Of a DNA stretch of 64,000 bases, positions 52,701 to 63,312 are shown in pieces (position 1 is the first letter of the stretch; every line of letters begins with the position of its first letter). A model generated the notes under the pieces. The model made no database searches. It was not told where the DNA came from and saw nothing but the letters and a program-made list of their open reading frames with translations. The stretch is from a virus, in IMG/VR virus record IMGVR_UViG_3300023179_000030, positions 32,001 to 96,000 of that record. One strand, 5' to 3'. Made by a program: the position numbers and the translations under genes.

Positions 52701-55700
52701 ACTGTCAGTGTGTTCAATGGCTCTAACAATGGTAAAAGCTTTTGGTATCATGATTCACAGTGGGACGAAGGTCAAGCTAAAACTGGTTTAAACCAGGCGC
52801 CTAAATTTGATGTATTTGACAACGAAGGGGTAAGTTTCAGCGACTTAACCAAGTATCAAATAAACAACAATAGTCTAGCATTTACTGGTACAAAGTTGTT
52901 TAGCTACAAGTTGGGCACTGGCAGCGATGATCCGGTCTTGGGTTTCCCACTGAGCTACAAGAATTTTAATAATATTGGGGATATTTTGTTTGAGAACAAT
53001 TTTGATGTTGACACGTTCTCCTACAGAGTTAACTCAGTGGACTATACCAGCAATGTCAATTTGGGATTTTTGCACCGAAATAACAGTGATTCTACCACTA
53101 CCAAATTAAATGTTTGGACTACTGTGGTGGAAGACAGCAAGCAATACCAGGACATATCCTATATCTATGATGGAATAAACAACGAATTTTTGATAGATGT
53201 AAGCCCACAACCAACAGCAACCATACCTAATTTAAAAGTCTATGTTAATTTTAATTTATTGAAGACTGCTGATTATCAAATTTATAATTTGTCGGGGTCC
53301 AATAAAAATATCGCCATAGATAAAACATTAATCAAGGACGGGGATAAAATAGATATATTGGTCTACAGTGAAGAAATAAGCAAAATTGGCTTCTTTGAAA
53401 TTCCCAGTAACTTGAACTTAAATGCTCAGAATACAGTATTGTCCACACCAACATTGGGGGAATTGAGAAACCACATAAGCAAGCTTACACAAAATTCTGT
53501 GTTATTTTCAGGCACATACCCTGGCGCAAGTAATCTCAGGGATATTAATGTAGAAGCGCAGGGCGGTACGATGCTGCAACAAAGTTCACCAACTAGTTTA
53601 GCTTCACTGTTCCTAACTGACGATTCAATGAATTTTGTCAATAGTTTAAATTCTGCATCTCAGGAGTACACTAGATTTAAAAATAAATTTATCACTACAG
53701 CAAGTCAAAGTAACTTAATAGATTACTCAAACCCAGTGGACTCTGTTGACCTAATTATTAAACAGATTAATCAAGTTAAAAACAAATCATTTCCTTGGTT
53801 TTACAGTGATATGGTGCCACACGGCGATAACAAAAACACCATTACTTATACTGTTTATAATACTTTATTGACTAACTATGAAATAACCAATGTATTTTCT
53901 AATACTGAATTAAGTAATCAAGCCTGTTTGGTTTATCTAAATGGAATTCAGCTTTTATACGGAATTGATTATACATTTTTAACTACTGGGCCAGGTGTGC
54001 AATTGACCAGTCAAGTGTCATTAACAGTGGGAGACGTTATAACTATTGTTGAATACAATGACACAGATGGAAATTGGATTCCTGAAACTCCTACAAAATT
54101 GGGACTATACCCAAAGTTTACTCCCAAGTTATATGTTGATTATACATATCTAACTCCACAAACAATGATACAGGGTCACGATGGTAGTCTAACTCCTGCA
54201 TTTGGTGATTTCCGTGACGATTTGATTTTAGAATTAGAAAAAAGAATTTACAACAATATCAAATCTAATTATGATTTTAAGTCATTTAATATATTTGACA
54301 GCAAGCCTGGAAAATTCAGAGATACAGGATACAGCCAATCAGATTTTAATAACATTGTGGCCAAGGGTTACTTGCCCTGGATAGGATTCAATAGATTAGA
54401 CTATAGCACTAACAGCACCTATGATAGCACAAACGCATTTACCTTTAACTATAGCAAAGCGTTAGATGTCATCGACGGTAAACAATTGCCGGGATCATGG
54501 CGTGCGTGTTTTGAATATTTCTATGATACTCAACGTCCCAATACTAACCCCTGGGAGATGTTGGGTTTCAGTGAGCAACCTGAATGGTGGGAGGAAACCT
54601 ATGGGCCAGCCCCATATACTTCAGGAAATCTTGATTTGTGGACAGATTTGCAAAATGGGTATATTGCCGGAGGCGATCGTGCTGGTATTGATACTAAATT
54701 TGCACGACCTGGGTTATTAAGCATTATTCCAGTAAATGAAAATGGTCAATTAATACCCCCTCAGGGATTGTTAACGTCCAAATATAATACCAGTGATTTC
54801 AATAGAAACTGGGCAGTTGGGCAATACAGCCCCACTGAAACTGCTTGGCGAAACTCCAGTGAATATCCGTTTGCGGTGCAATTGATGATGGCGCTTACTC
54901 AGCCCGCAAAGTATTTTGCATTAGCTGCAATGCCTGACAAATATCGTTATAATTCTGAACTGAAACAGTATTTAAATACTGAAACTAATAGAAGATTAAA
55001 TCAGTCTGACATCGTAATCAACGGTGATTTTGACTCGGGTATAATTTCACGTAGTGCAGGGTATATTAATTGGATTGGGGATTACCTAACTACGCTGGGT
55101 ATAACATCCAAGGCAAATTTAAAACACTATATCTCTGACTATACAATACAGTTGTCATATAGAATGGCGGGATTCAGTGGTAAACAATATCTAAAAGTAT
55201 TGGCCGAGCAAAATAGCCCTAATAGTATCAATGAATCGATTTTGATACCTGACAGTGATTTTGATTTAATATTAAACAAGTCTACCCCTGTATCAAATCC
55301 TAGATATAGTGCGGTGATAGTGGAAAAAACAGCTACAGGTTATAAACTCAGTGGTTACGATAATCGAAACCCTTACTTTACAGTGGTGCAGCCAGCGATT
55401 ACTGGTGATTATAAAGTTATTGAAGTATTGTCTTCTTCAGTTAACTACTATACTACCTTTACTAACTATAAAGTAAGTATACCCTATGGTACTGAATTTG
55501 CCAATGTACAACAGATTGCTGGGTTTTTGGCAGGATATGAGAGATATCTAATAGCTCAGGGATTTAGATTTGACTATTATGATTCTGATTTGGGTCAAAT
55601 TCGCAATTGGGAATTGAGTATAAAAGAATTTATGTTCTGGCAGAAGCAGAATTGGCCAGTATCCAGCATACTTGTACTGGGCCCCGCAGCTGATATAATT

Positions 55701-58700
55701 ACTCTATCAAATACAAATGCAGCAGTAGACGAAATAATGAATTCATACTATGGCAGCAAAATAATGACTCAAAATTTTGTGGTCTTAGATTCTGACTCCT
55801 ATAGTGTGTTGCGTGACGGTAACGTTTTTAGGGTTAATCTAGACACCAAAAACGGCGACCTAATTGCGTTTGCTGATTTTAATTTGGTTCAATACGAACA
55901 TGTTTTAATTTGCAATAATAAAACTCAATTTAACGATGTTATCTACGATCCGGCAATGGGTCAACGACAATTCCGACTAAAATTGGTGGGAGCAAAAACT
56001 GGCGGCTGGACTGGTACATTGACCCCTGAGGGTTATATGTATAACAAGCCCGGAGTTCCATCATGGAGAGCTGCTACCGACTATTTGCGTGGTGACCTAA
56101 TAGAATATAAGAATTTTTACTATACAGCTATTGCAGATATACCCGGCACAACAGATTTTAACTCCAATAATTGGTTACCTGTGGATAAAAACAAAATTAA
56201 ATCTGGGTTACTCAACAATTTAGCAACCAATGCAGGCGCGGCGGTTAATTTTTATGATACTGATATAGTTAATTTAGAATCCAAATTTGATTTGTATAGT
56301 TTAGGACTAATAGGGTATAGAAATCGTAGCTATTTAAATGACCTTGGGTTAGATGACACCAGTCAAGTTAAATTTTATCAGGGCTTTATTAAAGAAAAAG
56401 GCACACTAAATGCCATTGATGCCTTGGGTAAAGTCAGTTTTACTGGGCAAGACAGCAATGTTGAGATATCAGAAAAATGGGCATTTAGAGTTGGCAACTA
56501 TGGCAGTTTGGGTACTAATCAATTTGTAGAAATGGTACTCGATGAAAACTACGTTTTAAATAATCCAACTAGTTTAGCGGTACTGAGCAATAATACTGTA
56601 GTTTATTCATCAATATATAGTGATGATACTGCCTTGTTCAAAACTTCTGAATCAAATTGGGCTCCGCCTTTTCTACTGAATCGAAACAGCAATAGTAATC
56701 GCAGCGATGATATTCAGACTGCAGGATTTGTGAATATCGACGACGTAGACTATACTGTCTTTGATCTTAATGATACCGCATCATTGAGTACGGACATAAG
56801 CAACATAGGAGTGGGGTCCATTATATGGGCCGCCAAGGATTATACCCAAAAATGGAATGTTTTTAGAGTCAATGAGAATCAAACCAATGTCATTGAGATT
56901 TACAATGGGTTAGACAATAAATTGTTGATGGTTACTGATACCCCTCACTCTTTAAGTATTGATGATGCAATAGTTATTAATAATGCTGACACATTTAATG
57001 GCTTTTATAGAGTGCAGACAGTTGAATCACAGACCACATTTACCGTGTTGTATTCTGGGTCTCTGACTGGATTTAGCACTGTGACCTTATTGTGTCCGTT
57101 GTATAAATTAAGCAGTCTACGTGTAAAATATGCCAGCGACATTACCTCATTGCCAATGTCTACCCCAGGCTGGCAAGATGATGATAAAGTTTGGGTGGGG
57201 GAAGATTCATCAACTGTAGAATGGGCAGTGTATAATAAGTCATCTCCCTGGGCTGCACAATCTGCACTACCACGTGGCGCAATATATAGCAATGACAAAT
57301 TTGGTTCTACAGTGGTATTGAGTTTAGATAATAACTTTGCGGCTGCTGGTGTTCCGGGTTTCAGTTCCAATGTAGGAGCTATTGTAAATTACGTAAGAAC
57401 TGTGTCTGGAGATCTATTGGAGGACCAAACATTTGTTTCATTGGCCAATGCCACAGTGAACATGGGTTCAAGTTTAGCCAATGGTAACAAATATTTAATA
57501 ACCGGTGCACCAGGCAGCTCAACAAACCGCGGCTATGCATTTGTGTACAATCGTTCAACTTCTGGTCAATTAACACCATATCAAATTTTGACCACAAGTT
57601 CAGCATCCAGTGGAAAATTTGGTTACAGTGTAGCCATAAGTAAAGATGATCAATGGGCATTTGTTGGATGCCCAGGTACTGATACTGTTGCAGTCTACGG
57701 ATTTGACTCAACTATAAGCACAGTAACACAGACTATTATTGCCAATGGTGTACTGACATCTTTCGCCCTGTCATTTACTCCGGCCAGCGCTGAGCTTCTT
57801 TATGTGTCGTCATCATTGACTTCTTATGTACCCTATGTTGATTATACTATAACAGGCTCCACCATAGTATTTTCTACTGCTCCTGCAGCATCTAGTATTG
57901 TGATAAGACAACGAGCCGGCTTTAAGTATTTTACCACAATTTCCTATTCTGGAACTGGCAGCAATTTTGGCTTTAGTCTAGCATGTTCAACAGAAGGTGC
58001 TCAGGTTGTAATAGGTGCGCCATTGGCCACCGTTACGTATAATTCAACCCCACTAACTAAGTCAGGCTCAGTTATTGTATATAATAGGTCAGTGGATAAT
58101 TTTATAGCCATAGCAAATCAAACTATATTTGGCGGCTCTACTATATCTTTGACTAATTTTAACAAAGTCTATATAGATGGAGTATTAAAAACTATAGCAG
58201 TTGATTATATAATAGCGGCGTCAACTAAAGTGCAATTCAATACTCCGCTGACCGCTGGGCAAGTGGTTACTATTGAAACTAACTCATTCAATCGAATTGG
58301 TGAGTACACCCCCAAGGTTCCCACTGCGCTGAGCCAATTTGGCTACAGTGTTGATATATGTCCAAATAACTGTAGTGTATATATTGGAGCACCATACAAG
58401 TCAACTACCAAATATTTTACAGGATCTGCATATAGGTTTTTAAATCAGGGCAGAGTCTACGGTACTATAACTGGTACTGTTAGTAACCCAACTGTTAACA
58501 GTGGAGATTCTATACGTATTAATAATTTTGAAGTGGTCTTCACTACAACATCATTGGGATCGGTAGTAAATGCTATCAATGCCACCCTAATACCTGGAGT
58601 CACTGCATCAGCAGTAAATGGCTATTTGAAATTAGATAGCATATCAACTTTGTCAGCTGATAAACTTAGGATATTACCTGGTGTTGGCAGTGCGATTACA

Positions 58701-61700
58701 GATTTAGGATTGAAGACTTTTGTTGAAACTGAGGAAATCTCAAATCCAACAGGTAATGCCTATGATTACTTTGGCCAAAAGGTAAAAATAAACACCAACA
58801 GCGATGTATTGGGTGTGGGTAGTACTGAAGCCACCACAATAGTGCCAACTACTTTTGACCTAACAACTAAAGTTACCACATTTGATTCCTCATCTACCAC
58901 ATTCAATGATCCTATCCCCAGCGGAGCAGTATGGGTATTGAGTTATCTCAATGATTCTAGGAATAATATAGATCATGCAGGTAAATTTAGCTTTGTACAA
59001 CAATTAACATTGTCTGTTCTTAAAGATCTTGGAATAAGTTTAGCCAACTATGTTAAGTTTGGCAGCGATTTCGCATTTACCAATACTAACTTACTGGTAG
59101 GAGCTTCAGCTGAAAATTCTATAGCTACCAACGGTGGCAGAATTTATCAGTTTAGCAACAGTGAAGAATTAAAGGGCTGGGACGTAGTTAGATCTCAAAC
59201 AGACAAAGTTGACATAGATAGCTTAAAGCGAGCATATATCTATAACACAGATACACAAACTATTCTTTACAATTTGGATTATATAGATCCAGCCAAGGGA
59301 AAGATATTGGGTCAGGCCGAACAGAATATAACCTACAAAACAGATTATGATCCGGCATTCTATAATTATTCCGTTAGTTCAAGTGCAACACTTGACCAGC
59401 AATTTCATTGGAACAGTACACAAGTTGGACAAGTGTGGTGGGATCTGTCTACAGTAAAGTACATTGATTATGAGCAAGGTACCAACAGTTATAGAACTGC
59501 AAACTGGGGAAGAGTTTTTCCTGGTAGTAGCATCAATGTCTATGAATGGGTAGAAAGTTTATACCTACCAAGTTTATATGTAACCAATGGTGGGGACGGT
59601 ATTCCCAAATACCCCGATGATTCCGCTTATGTATTGATGACACATGTAGATCCTGCAACCAATGTGGTAACACTGCGCTATTATTTCTGGGTCAGCGGCA
59701 AAACTTCAGTGAGTTTAGGCCTAGCCAATAGAACTATGCCCATTGTGACTATTGCAGATTATATATCTAACCCCAAGAACAGCGGTATCAAGTATTTGGC
59801 AGCAATTAAAGATGATGCTGTGGCAGTATACAATGTAGTGGGACAAACCACAGGAAAAAGCATTATACTACACATAGACTATGCCACAGAGCTTAACTCC
59901 AATCTGATTCACAGTGAATATGCTTTATTATCGGAAGTTGGTACTAACGTATCTTCGATACCAACAAGTTTGTATAAAAAGTTAGTAGATAGTGCCAGTG
60001 GTATAGATCTATTTGGAAATACAGTACCAGATCCAGCGCTATCAGTGCAAAATAGATATGGTATAAGCGTTAGACCACGACAAAGTATGTTTGTGAACCG
60101 AAAACTGGCGTTAAAAGAAATGGTTTCTTACGTCAATACGGTATTTGCTGAAAACATTATCAGTCAAGGGTTTGATTTAACCAAATTAAGTTCAGGTGAA
60201 CCAATACCAATGTCTGAGTCTGGTGCTTATGATGTTGAAGTGCAAACAATTGAAGAACTGGGTTATCTTGACATAACCTCATTGGCCACCGGATATAAAG
60301 TTTTAGTGGCTACAGACACTTCAGTTAGTGGATTATGGACCATATATACCAAACAGTCATCTAACACTTGGTTGTTAACTCGAAGCCAAAGCTATCGAAC
60401 CACTGATTACTGGCAATATATAGATTGGTATGCTCCTGGATTTGATAAAACCGTACGCCCAGCATATACTGTTAACACACTAGCTGATTTAGCCAATTTA
60501 AAATTAGTGGCTCAGGACATTGTCAAGATTAAAAACAATGGTCAAGGGAAATGGTTATTATTACAAATATTTCCAAATGTAATAAACACCATTGGTATTG
60601 AGTCCGGAACGATTGAATTGAAGTCTAATTTGTACAATTTATCTAACTATAGTATGGGCTATGGCAATGATAATTTTGATTCGGGCCCATTTGATAAGAA
60701 TCCCAATTTAGAAATAAGAATTATCATGGAGGCTCTAAGAGACGATATCTTTATCAATCAACTCAAAGATAAATTTCTGACTTTATTCTTTGTCTTTATC
60801 TATTACATTTTGGACGAGCAAAAATTTGTAGACTGGGTATTTAAAACCAGTTTTATTGATGTGCTTCATAAAATTAAAGGTCTCGCTCAGCCTCAAATTT
60901 ATTCCAAAGAAAATCAAGATTATTACAGGCAATACATTGAGGAAGTTAAACCATATCACACCACGATTCGTGAATATGTGATAGATTATCAGGGAACTGA
61001 TAACTTTACAGGTTATGTGGGTGACTTTGATGTGCCAGCATATTATGACAACACGTTGCAAATGTATAGAAGTCCCAGCGGTGAATTCCTACAAGACATT
61101 GATGCTCTAAACACCGGGTTACAATATAGGGATTGGCTGCTTTCTTATACTTATAGCATCAGTGAAATAACCATAGCCAATGGTGGATCTGGATATACCT
61201 CGGCTCCAACTATAACCATAACTGGCAGTACAATTGGCAATGATGCTTTGGCTCGAGCTACAATTAACAATGGGGCTATAACGGGTGTAGAAATATTATA
61301 CGCTGGGACCAATTATACCTCTCAACCGGTTATAACGGTAACCGGAGGCGGTGGATCTGGTGCTGCGCTCTATGCTAGACTTGGTAATTCTACAACACGT
61401 AAAATGAAAACAACCTTGGTTTATGACAGATTAACCTATGGAACTTCAGTCCAGCTTTGGGCAGCAAATACTGCGTTTACACAGGGAAGTTTGGTGTCTT
61501 ACAATCAAACAGCATATATTGTTGATACTACATTTACCAGTGGTAGCACATTTAGTGCAGATAATCTCACAGTGTACCCAGCTTACAAGTTGGATAACGC
61601 CAACGACAGAATTCAATCCTACTATTCTCCAACTACTGGCCAGCCAGGAAAGGATTTTAGCCTGTTGCAAAGTGGTATAGAGTATCCAGGTCTGATGCTT

Positions 61701-62738
61701 GATGGAACAACTTATACTGGAACTGCTAACATAGATACAACAATTTCCAGCTTATATTCTGACTTGGCACTTGGTACTAGATCTGAGGACATCATCATTG
61801 ATGGCAATGCCTATGTAAGCACTTACAGCAGTCATGCTCCTGAAGAATTGATACCGGGCCGTGTCTATGACACAATGGATATGAAAATAACTACTCTAGC
61901 AGTTAATCCACTATCAGCGGCCTATTCGTATTGGATTTATAACCTAGGATTTTATGTGCTAAGTGTACCAGTAATTGACGGTGGTAGGGGTTACAGTGCT
62001 GGAAATGTCGCAGTTACAATACAAGGCGGGTCTCCCACCACTATTGCAACTGCATCCCCAATCTTGGATGCCAATGGTAGCATAACTTCAATAACACTGG
62101 TAGCTCCTGGCTATAACGGCCAAAGATATTATACCGTTCCAAATGTAGTAATAACAGGATCCAATACAAGCCCGGCTAGAGCAGCAGCCTATCTTGGACA
62201 AACTGACTGGGGAACATTTGATTATCGATTGTTTAAAGACATGAATGATAATTGGCAATTTTTGAAGATACCCAGCGATGGTACAACTACATTGGTAACC
62301 ACTGATGCTTTAACCAACAACTTTTTACAAGTGGCTAATGCTTCTGTGCTATCAGGACCTGATCCCACTGGGGCAAATCCTGGCGTGGTTTATATCAACG
62401 GGGAACGTATTACTTACTGGACTAAAGAATCTACTTATAACACGATGACAAATTTAAGGCGTGGCACTGCTGGTACAGGTGCCAAAGCACATGCTATAGG
62501 TAGTTTGGTAGTGGACGCCGGGGCTTCCCAGATTGTCCCAAGCAGTGATAATTATACTTGGACTCCAAATGCAAATGTGACTAAAACAACCACATCGGGT
62601 GCAACTTATACTTTCCTAGCAAATACACCATATATACGTAGTAATCTATGGTATAATACTGGATCTACCACAGCAACCGATGGTTCAGGGCTGTATAACA
62701 GTACTAAATTGCAGGTTATATTTGTCAAACAGTCTTAG
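49731..62738 (+). CDS. Giant baseplate wedge/structural protein (4335 aa) with YHYH domain and FG-GAP-like repeats
   Basis: Follows gp6; DYHY...HSKLIGFAADGYPIYGPYGY...LDQFNGRYGVTPDFP...YAYF (YHYH); FG.SV.IS...A.VG.PG repeats; YIEEVKPYHT motif; TAAATA at 49699-49704. Confidence 0.7.
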   Translation: MPTTKTSPLLPSVFQTVTNQKFLNATLDQLVTEPNLKPLNGYVGRKFAPGFSSISDYVREPDAARADYQLEPSVVVKNTNTAEVEFHVTYPEVLQKINYYGGNIANPGHLWSSEYYSYTPHINLDAFINFGQYYWLPNGPDSVPVISNLVELEKTFYVYPDSGLSTYNLSGFGTISNPDLVLTRGGTYKFIVNQTGKPFWIQSDPGISGLQTSSNNLSSREILGVTNNGEDAGTVTFTVPDKTAQDVYISLPVVDSIDLVTTLKYSQIQGQLLSTLNTTYGGIDGQTSNLNNKLMVFGTYYANSSDWTANSITVPINQRYDIWRIQLTPVGSDFTVSLVYVQDIPMVNKVIVQSGNTYANTQWFKNGSEYLEIVPNITANLDTLYYQDGVNPGQFGVIKIVDAGANILNVTTEILGKQNYISPNGIKFTNGLKVKFDSDVIPAKYQNSEFYVEGVGDAITLTAVNDLIVSFSGSRSNFDPTSRFLQAATSANLNTTKTELVITTTDVPDGTSVKHGVFPNTSNTNYIVEQTLVLTYPYRGGLNSIGEHTSTTLTSDPIGVTVPGILINGVSNQWYVPGQNGSTWHYDAEQVLINGEDIYGGSTGDAGDYHYRSSKFITANAWGSLTGFTSGYTETDGHSKLIGFAADGYPIYGPYGYANANSSLGGVTRMTSSYTASNTGAYRPVSKTVTVTTGTTGNIIVVSSTVGLNPGMRITINDAGITSGSVWILNNGLHTAVGPSLFTAGATQVLLSSNVTVTAGASLTFEFLAGAFIEDYTYVPGSGTLDQFNGRYGVTPDFPNKTYAYFATVDTLGNPVYPYFVGQSFYGSLEADINTSLLEPDYIISNRSSTDLNPWSRRNRWFHSDVISISNQYNKTTAILDQNYRAKRPIIEFNPNLQMYDFGKRGLAPVDLFDTTITQPFIDIEGASSYYIDDINLFDGMRIIFAADADPLTRGKIWVVNFIDVVGTSTSDPTIIHLTLADDGDVQDNDTVSVFNGSNNGKSFWYHDSQWDEGQAKTGLNQAPKFDVFDNEGVSFSDLTKYQINNNSLAFTGTKLFSYKLGTGSDDPVLGFPLSYKNFNNIGDILFENNFDVDTFSYRVNSVDYTSNVNLGFLHRNNSDSTTTKLNVWTTVVEDSKQYQDISYIYDGINNEFLIDVSPQPTATIPNLKVYVNFNLLKTADYQIYNLSGSNKNIAIDKTLIKDGDKIDILVYSEEISKIGFFEIPSNLNLNAQNTVLSTPTLGELRNHISKLTQNSVLFSGTYPGASNLRDINVEAQGGTMLQQSSPTSLASLFLTDDSMNFVNSLNSASQEYTRFKNKFITTASQSNLIDYSNPVDSVDLIIKQINQVKNKSFPWFYSDMVPHGDNKNTITYTVYNTLLTNYEITNVFSNTELSNQACLVYLNGIQLLYGIDYTFLTTGPGVQLTSQVSLTVGDVITIVEYNDTDGNWIPETPTKLGLYPKFTPKLYVDYTYLTPQTMIQGHDGSLTPAFGDFRDDLILELEKRIYNNIKSNYDFKSFNIFDSKPGKFRDTGYSQSDFNNIVAKGYLPWIGFNRLDYSTNSTYDSTNAFTFNYSKALDVIDGKQLPGSWRACFEYFYDTQRPNTNPWEMLGFSEQPEWWEETYGPAPYTSGNLDLWTDLQNGYIAGGDRAGIDTKFARPGLLSIIPVNENGQLIPPQGLLTSKYNTSDFNRNWAVGQYSPTETAWRNSSEYPFAVQLMMALTQPAKYFALAAMPDKYRYNSELKQYLNTETNRRLNQSDIVINGDFDSGIISRSAGYINWIGDYLTTLGITSKANLKHYISDYTIQLSYRMAGFSGKQYLKVLAEQNSPNSINESILIPDSDFDLILNKSTPVSNPRYSAVIVEKTATGYKLSGYDNRNPYFTVVQPAITGDYKVIEVLSSSVNYYTTFTNYKVSIPYGTEFANVQQIAGFLAGYERYLIAQGFRFDYYDSDLGQIRNWELSIKEFMFWQKQNWPVSSILVLGPAADIITLSNTNAAVDEIMNSYYGSKIMTQNFVVLDSDSYSVLRDGNVFRVNLDTKNGDLIAFADFNLVQYEHVLICNNKTQFNDVIYDPAMGQRQFRLKLVGAKTGGWTGTLTPEGYMYNKPGVPSWRAATDYLRGDLIEYKNFYYTAIADIPGTTDFNSNNWLPVDKNKIKSGLLNNLATNAGAAVNFYDTDIVNLESKFDLYSLGLIGYRNRSYLNDLGLDDTSQVKFYQGFIKEKGTLNAIDALGKVSFTGQDSNVEISEKWAFRVGNYGSLGTNQFVEMVLDENYVLNNPTSLAVLSNNTVVYSSIYSDDTALFKTSESNWAPPFLLNRNSNSNRSDDIQTAGFVNIDDVDYTVFDLNDTASLSTDISNIGVGSIIWAAKDYTQKWNVFRVNENQTNVIEIYNGLDNKLLMVTDTPHSLSIDDAIVINNADTFNGFYRVQTVESQTTFTVLYSGSLTGFSTVTLLCPLYKLSSLRVKYASDITSLPMSTPGWQDDDKVWVGEDSSTVEWAVYNKSSPWAAQSALPRGAIYSNDKFGSTVVLSLDNNFAAAGVPGFSSNVGAIVNYVRTVSGDLLEDQTFVSLANATVNMGSSLANGNKYLITGAPGSSTNRGYAFVYNRSTSGQLTPYQILTTSSASSGKFGYSVAISKDDQWAFVGCPGTDTVAVYGFDSTISTVTQTIIANGVLTSFALSFTPASAELLYVSSSLTSYVPYVDYTITGSTIVFSTAPAASSIVIRQRAGFKYFTTISYSGTGSNFGFSLACSTEGAQVVIGAPLATVTYNSTPLTKSGSVIVYNRSVDNFIAIANQTIFGGSTISLTNFNKVYIDGVLKTIAVDYIIAASTKVQFNTPLTAGQVVTIETNSFNRIGEYTPKVPTALSQFGYSVDICPNNCSVYIGAPYKSTTKYFTGSAYRFLNQGRVYGTITGTVSNPTVNSGDSIRINNFEVVFTTTSLGSVVNAINATLIPGVTASAVNGYLKLDSISTLSADKLRILPGVGSAITDLGLKTFVETEEISNPTGNAYDYFGQKVKINTNSDVLGVGSTEATTIVPTTFDLTTKVTTFDSSSTTFNDPIPSGAVWVLSYLNDSRNNIDHAGKFSFVQQLTLSVLKDLGISLANYVKFGSDFAFTNTNLLVGASAENSIATNGGRIYQFSNSEELKGWDVVRSQTDKVDIDSLKRAYIYNTDTQTILYNLDYIDPAKGKILGQAEQNITYKTDYDPAFYNYSVSSSATLDQQFHWNSTQVGQVWWDLSTVKYIDYEQGTNSYRTANWGRVFPGSSINVYEWVESLYLPSLYVTNGGDGIPKYPDDSAYVLMTHVDPATNVVTLRYYFWVSGKTSVSLGLANRTMPIVTIADYISNPKNSGIKYLAAIKDDAVAVYNVVGQTTGKSIILHIDYATELNSNLIHSEYALLSEVGTNVSSIPTSLYKKLVDSASGIDLFGNTVPDPALSVQNRYGISVRPRQSMFVNRKLALKEMVSYVNTVFAENIISQGFDLTKLSSGEPIPMSESGAYDVEVQTIEELGYLDITSLATGYKVLVATDTSVSGLWTIYTKQSSNTWLLTRSQSYRTTDYWQYIDWYAPGFDKTVRPAYTVNTLADLANLKLVAQDIVKIKNNGQGKWLLLQIFPNVINTIGIESGTIELKSNLYNLSNYSMGYGNDNFDSGPFDKNPNLEIRIIMEALRDDIFINQLKDKFLTLFFVFIYYILDEQKFVDWVFKTSFIDVLHKIKGLAQPQIYSKENQDYYRQYIEEVKPYHTTIREYVIDYQGTDNFTGYVGDFDVPAYYDNTLQMYRSPSGEFLQDIDALNTGLQYRDWLLSYTYSISEITIANGGSGYTSAPTITITGSTIGNDALARATINNGAITGVEILYAGTNYTSQPVITVTGGGGSGAALYARLGNSTTRKMKTTLVYDRLTYGTSVQLWAANTAFTQGSLVSYNQTAYIVDTTFTSGSTFSADNLTVYPAYKLDNANDRIQSYYSPTTGQPGKDFSLLQSGIEYPGLMLDGTTYTGTANIDTTISSLYSDLALGTRSEDIIIDGNAYVSTYSSHAPEELIPGRVYDTMDMKITTLAVNPLSAAYSYWIYNLGFYVLSVPVIDGGRGYSAGNVAVTIQGGSPTTIATASPILDANGSITSITLVAPGYNGQRYYTVPNVVITGSNTSPARAAAYLGQTDWGTFDYRLFKDMNDNWQFLKIPSDGTTTLVTTDALTNNFLQVANASVLSGPDPTGANPGVVYINGERITYWTKESTYNTMTNLRRGTAGTGAKAHAIGSLVVDAGASQIVPSSDNYTWTPNANVTKTTTSGATYTFLANTPYIRSNLWYNTGSTTATDGSGLYNSTKLQVIFVKQS

Positions 62739-62766
62739 GCTAAATAATGTACAACGAGAATATATT

Positions 62767-63138
62767 ATGAATGATTTTTTACCATTGGTATTGGTTGCGC
62801 TGGGGTTGGTGCTGTATGTCTGGTTATTTTGGATCGCTTATGTACTTGTCATGGGGTTTTATCGTGCAAAATTGGATAATAGATTGACATTGACCACCAT
62901 GATTTTGGGAGCACCATTTATACTTACTGGTTTAATTATGGATGTGATCGCTAACATAGTCATTGCTCCTATAGTGTTTTTAGATCCGCCACAAGAACTA
63001 CTGGTGACCTTAAGATTGCAAAGGTATCTAAAACAACCTGCAGGTTGGAGAAATAGCCTAGCACAGTACATTTGTACTAACTTCTTAGATATTTTTGACC
63101 CATCAGGTAAACATTGCTTTCATCCAATGGATAAATAA
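62767..63138 (+). CDS. Small membrane protein (123 aa; start re-assigned to ATG 62767)
   Basis: Two to three hydrophobic segments, C-terminal RL.RY...WR...C...LD.FDPSG.HC; TAAATA at 62741-62746. Confidence 0.65.
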   Translation: MNDFLPLVLVALGLVLYVWLFWIAYVLVMGFYRAKLDNRLTLTTMILGAPFILTGLIMDVIANIVIAPIVFLDPPQELLVTLRLQRYLKQPAGWRNSLAQYICTNFLDIFDPSGKHCFHPMDK

Positions 63139-63146
63139 TTAATACT

Positions 63147-63302
63147 ATGAATCAAACAAAAGACGAAACTCAAGAAAAGAAATCTGAACTGATACTGGAA
63201 TCCACTGACCGACCACATGAATCCACTGGAATTTATGTACGCGGATTTTTAAAAATCAGTGACCCAGAGACCAAAGAGGTTCTAATAGAAACATCAAATT
63301 AA
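63147..63302 (+). CDS. Small hypothetical protein (51 aa)
   Basis: Below ORF-track cutoff: MNQTKDETQEKKSELILESTDRPHESTGIYVRGFLKISDPETKEVLIETSN*; TAAATA at 63132-63137. Confidence 0.65.
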   Translation: MNQTKDETQEKKSELILESTDRPHESTGIYVRGFLKISDPETKEVLIETSN

Positions 63303-63312
63303 TGGATTAACA

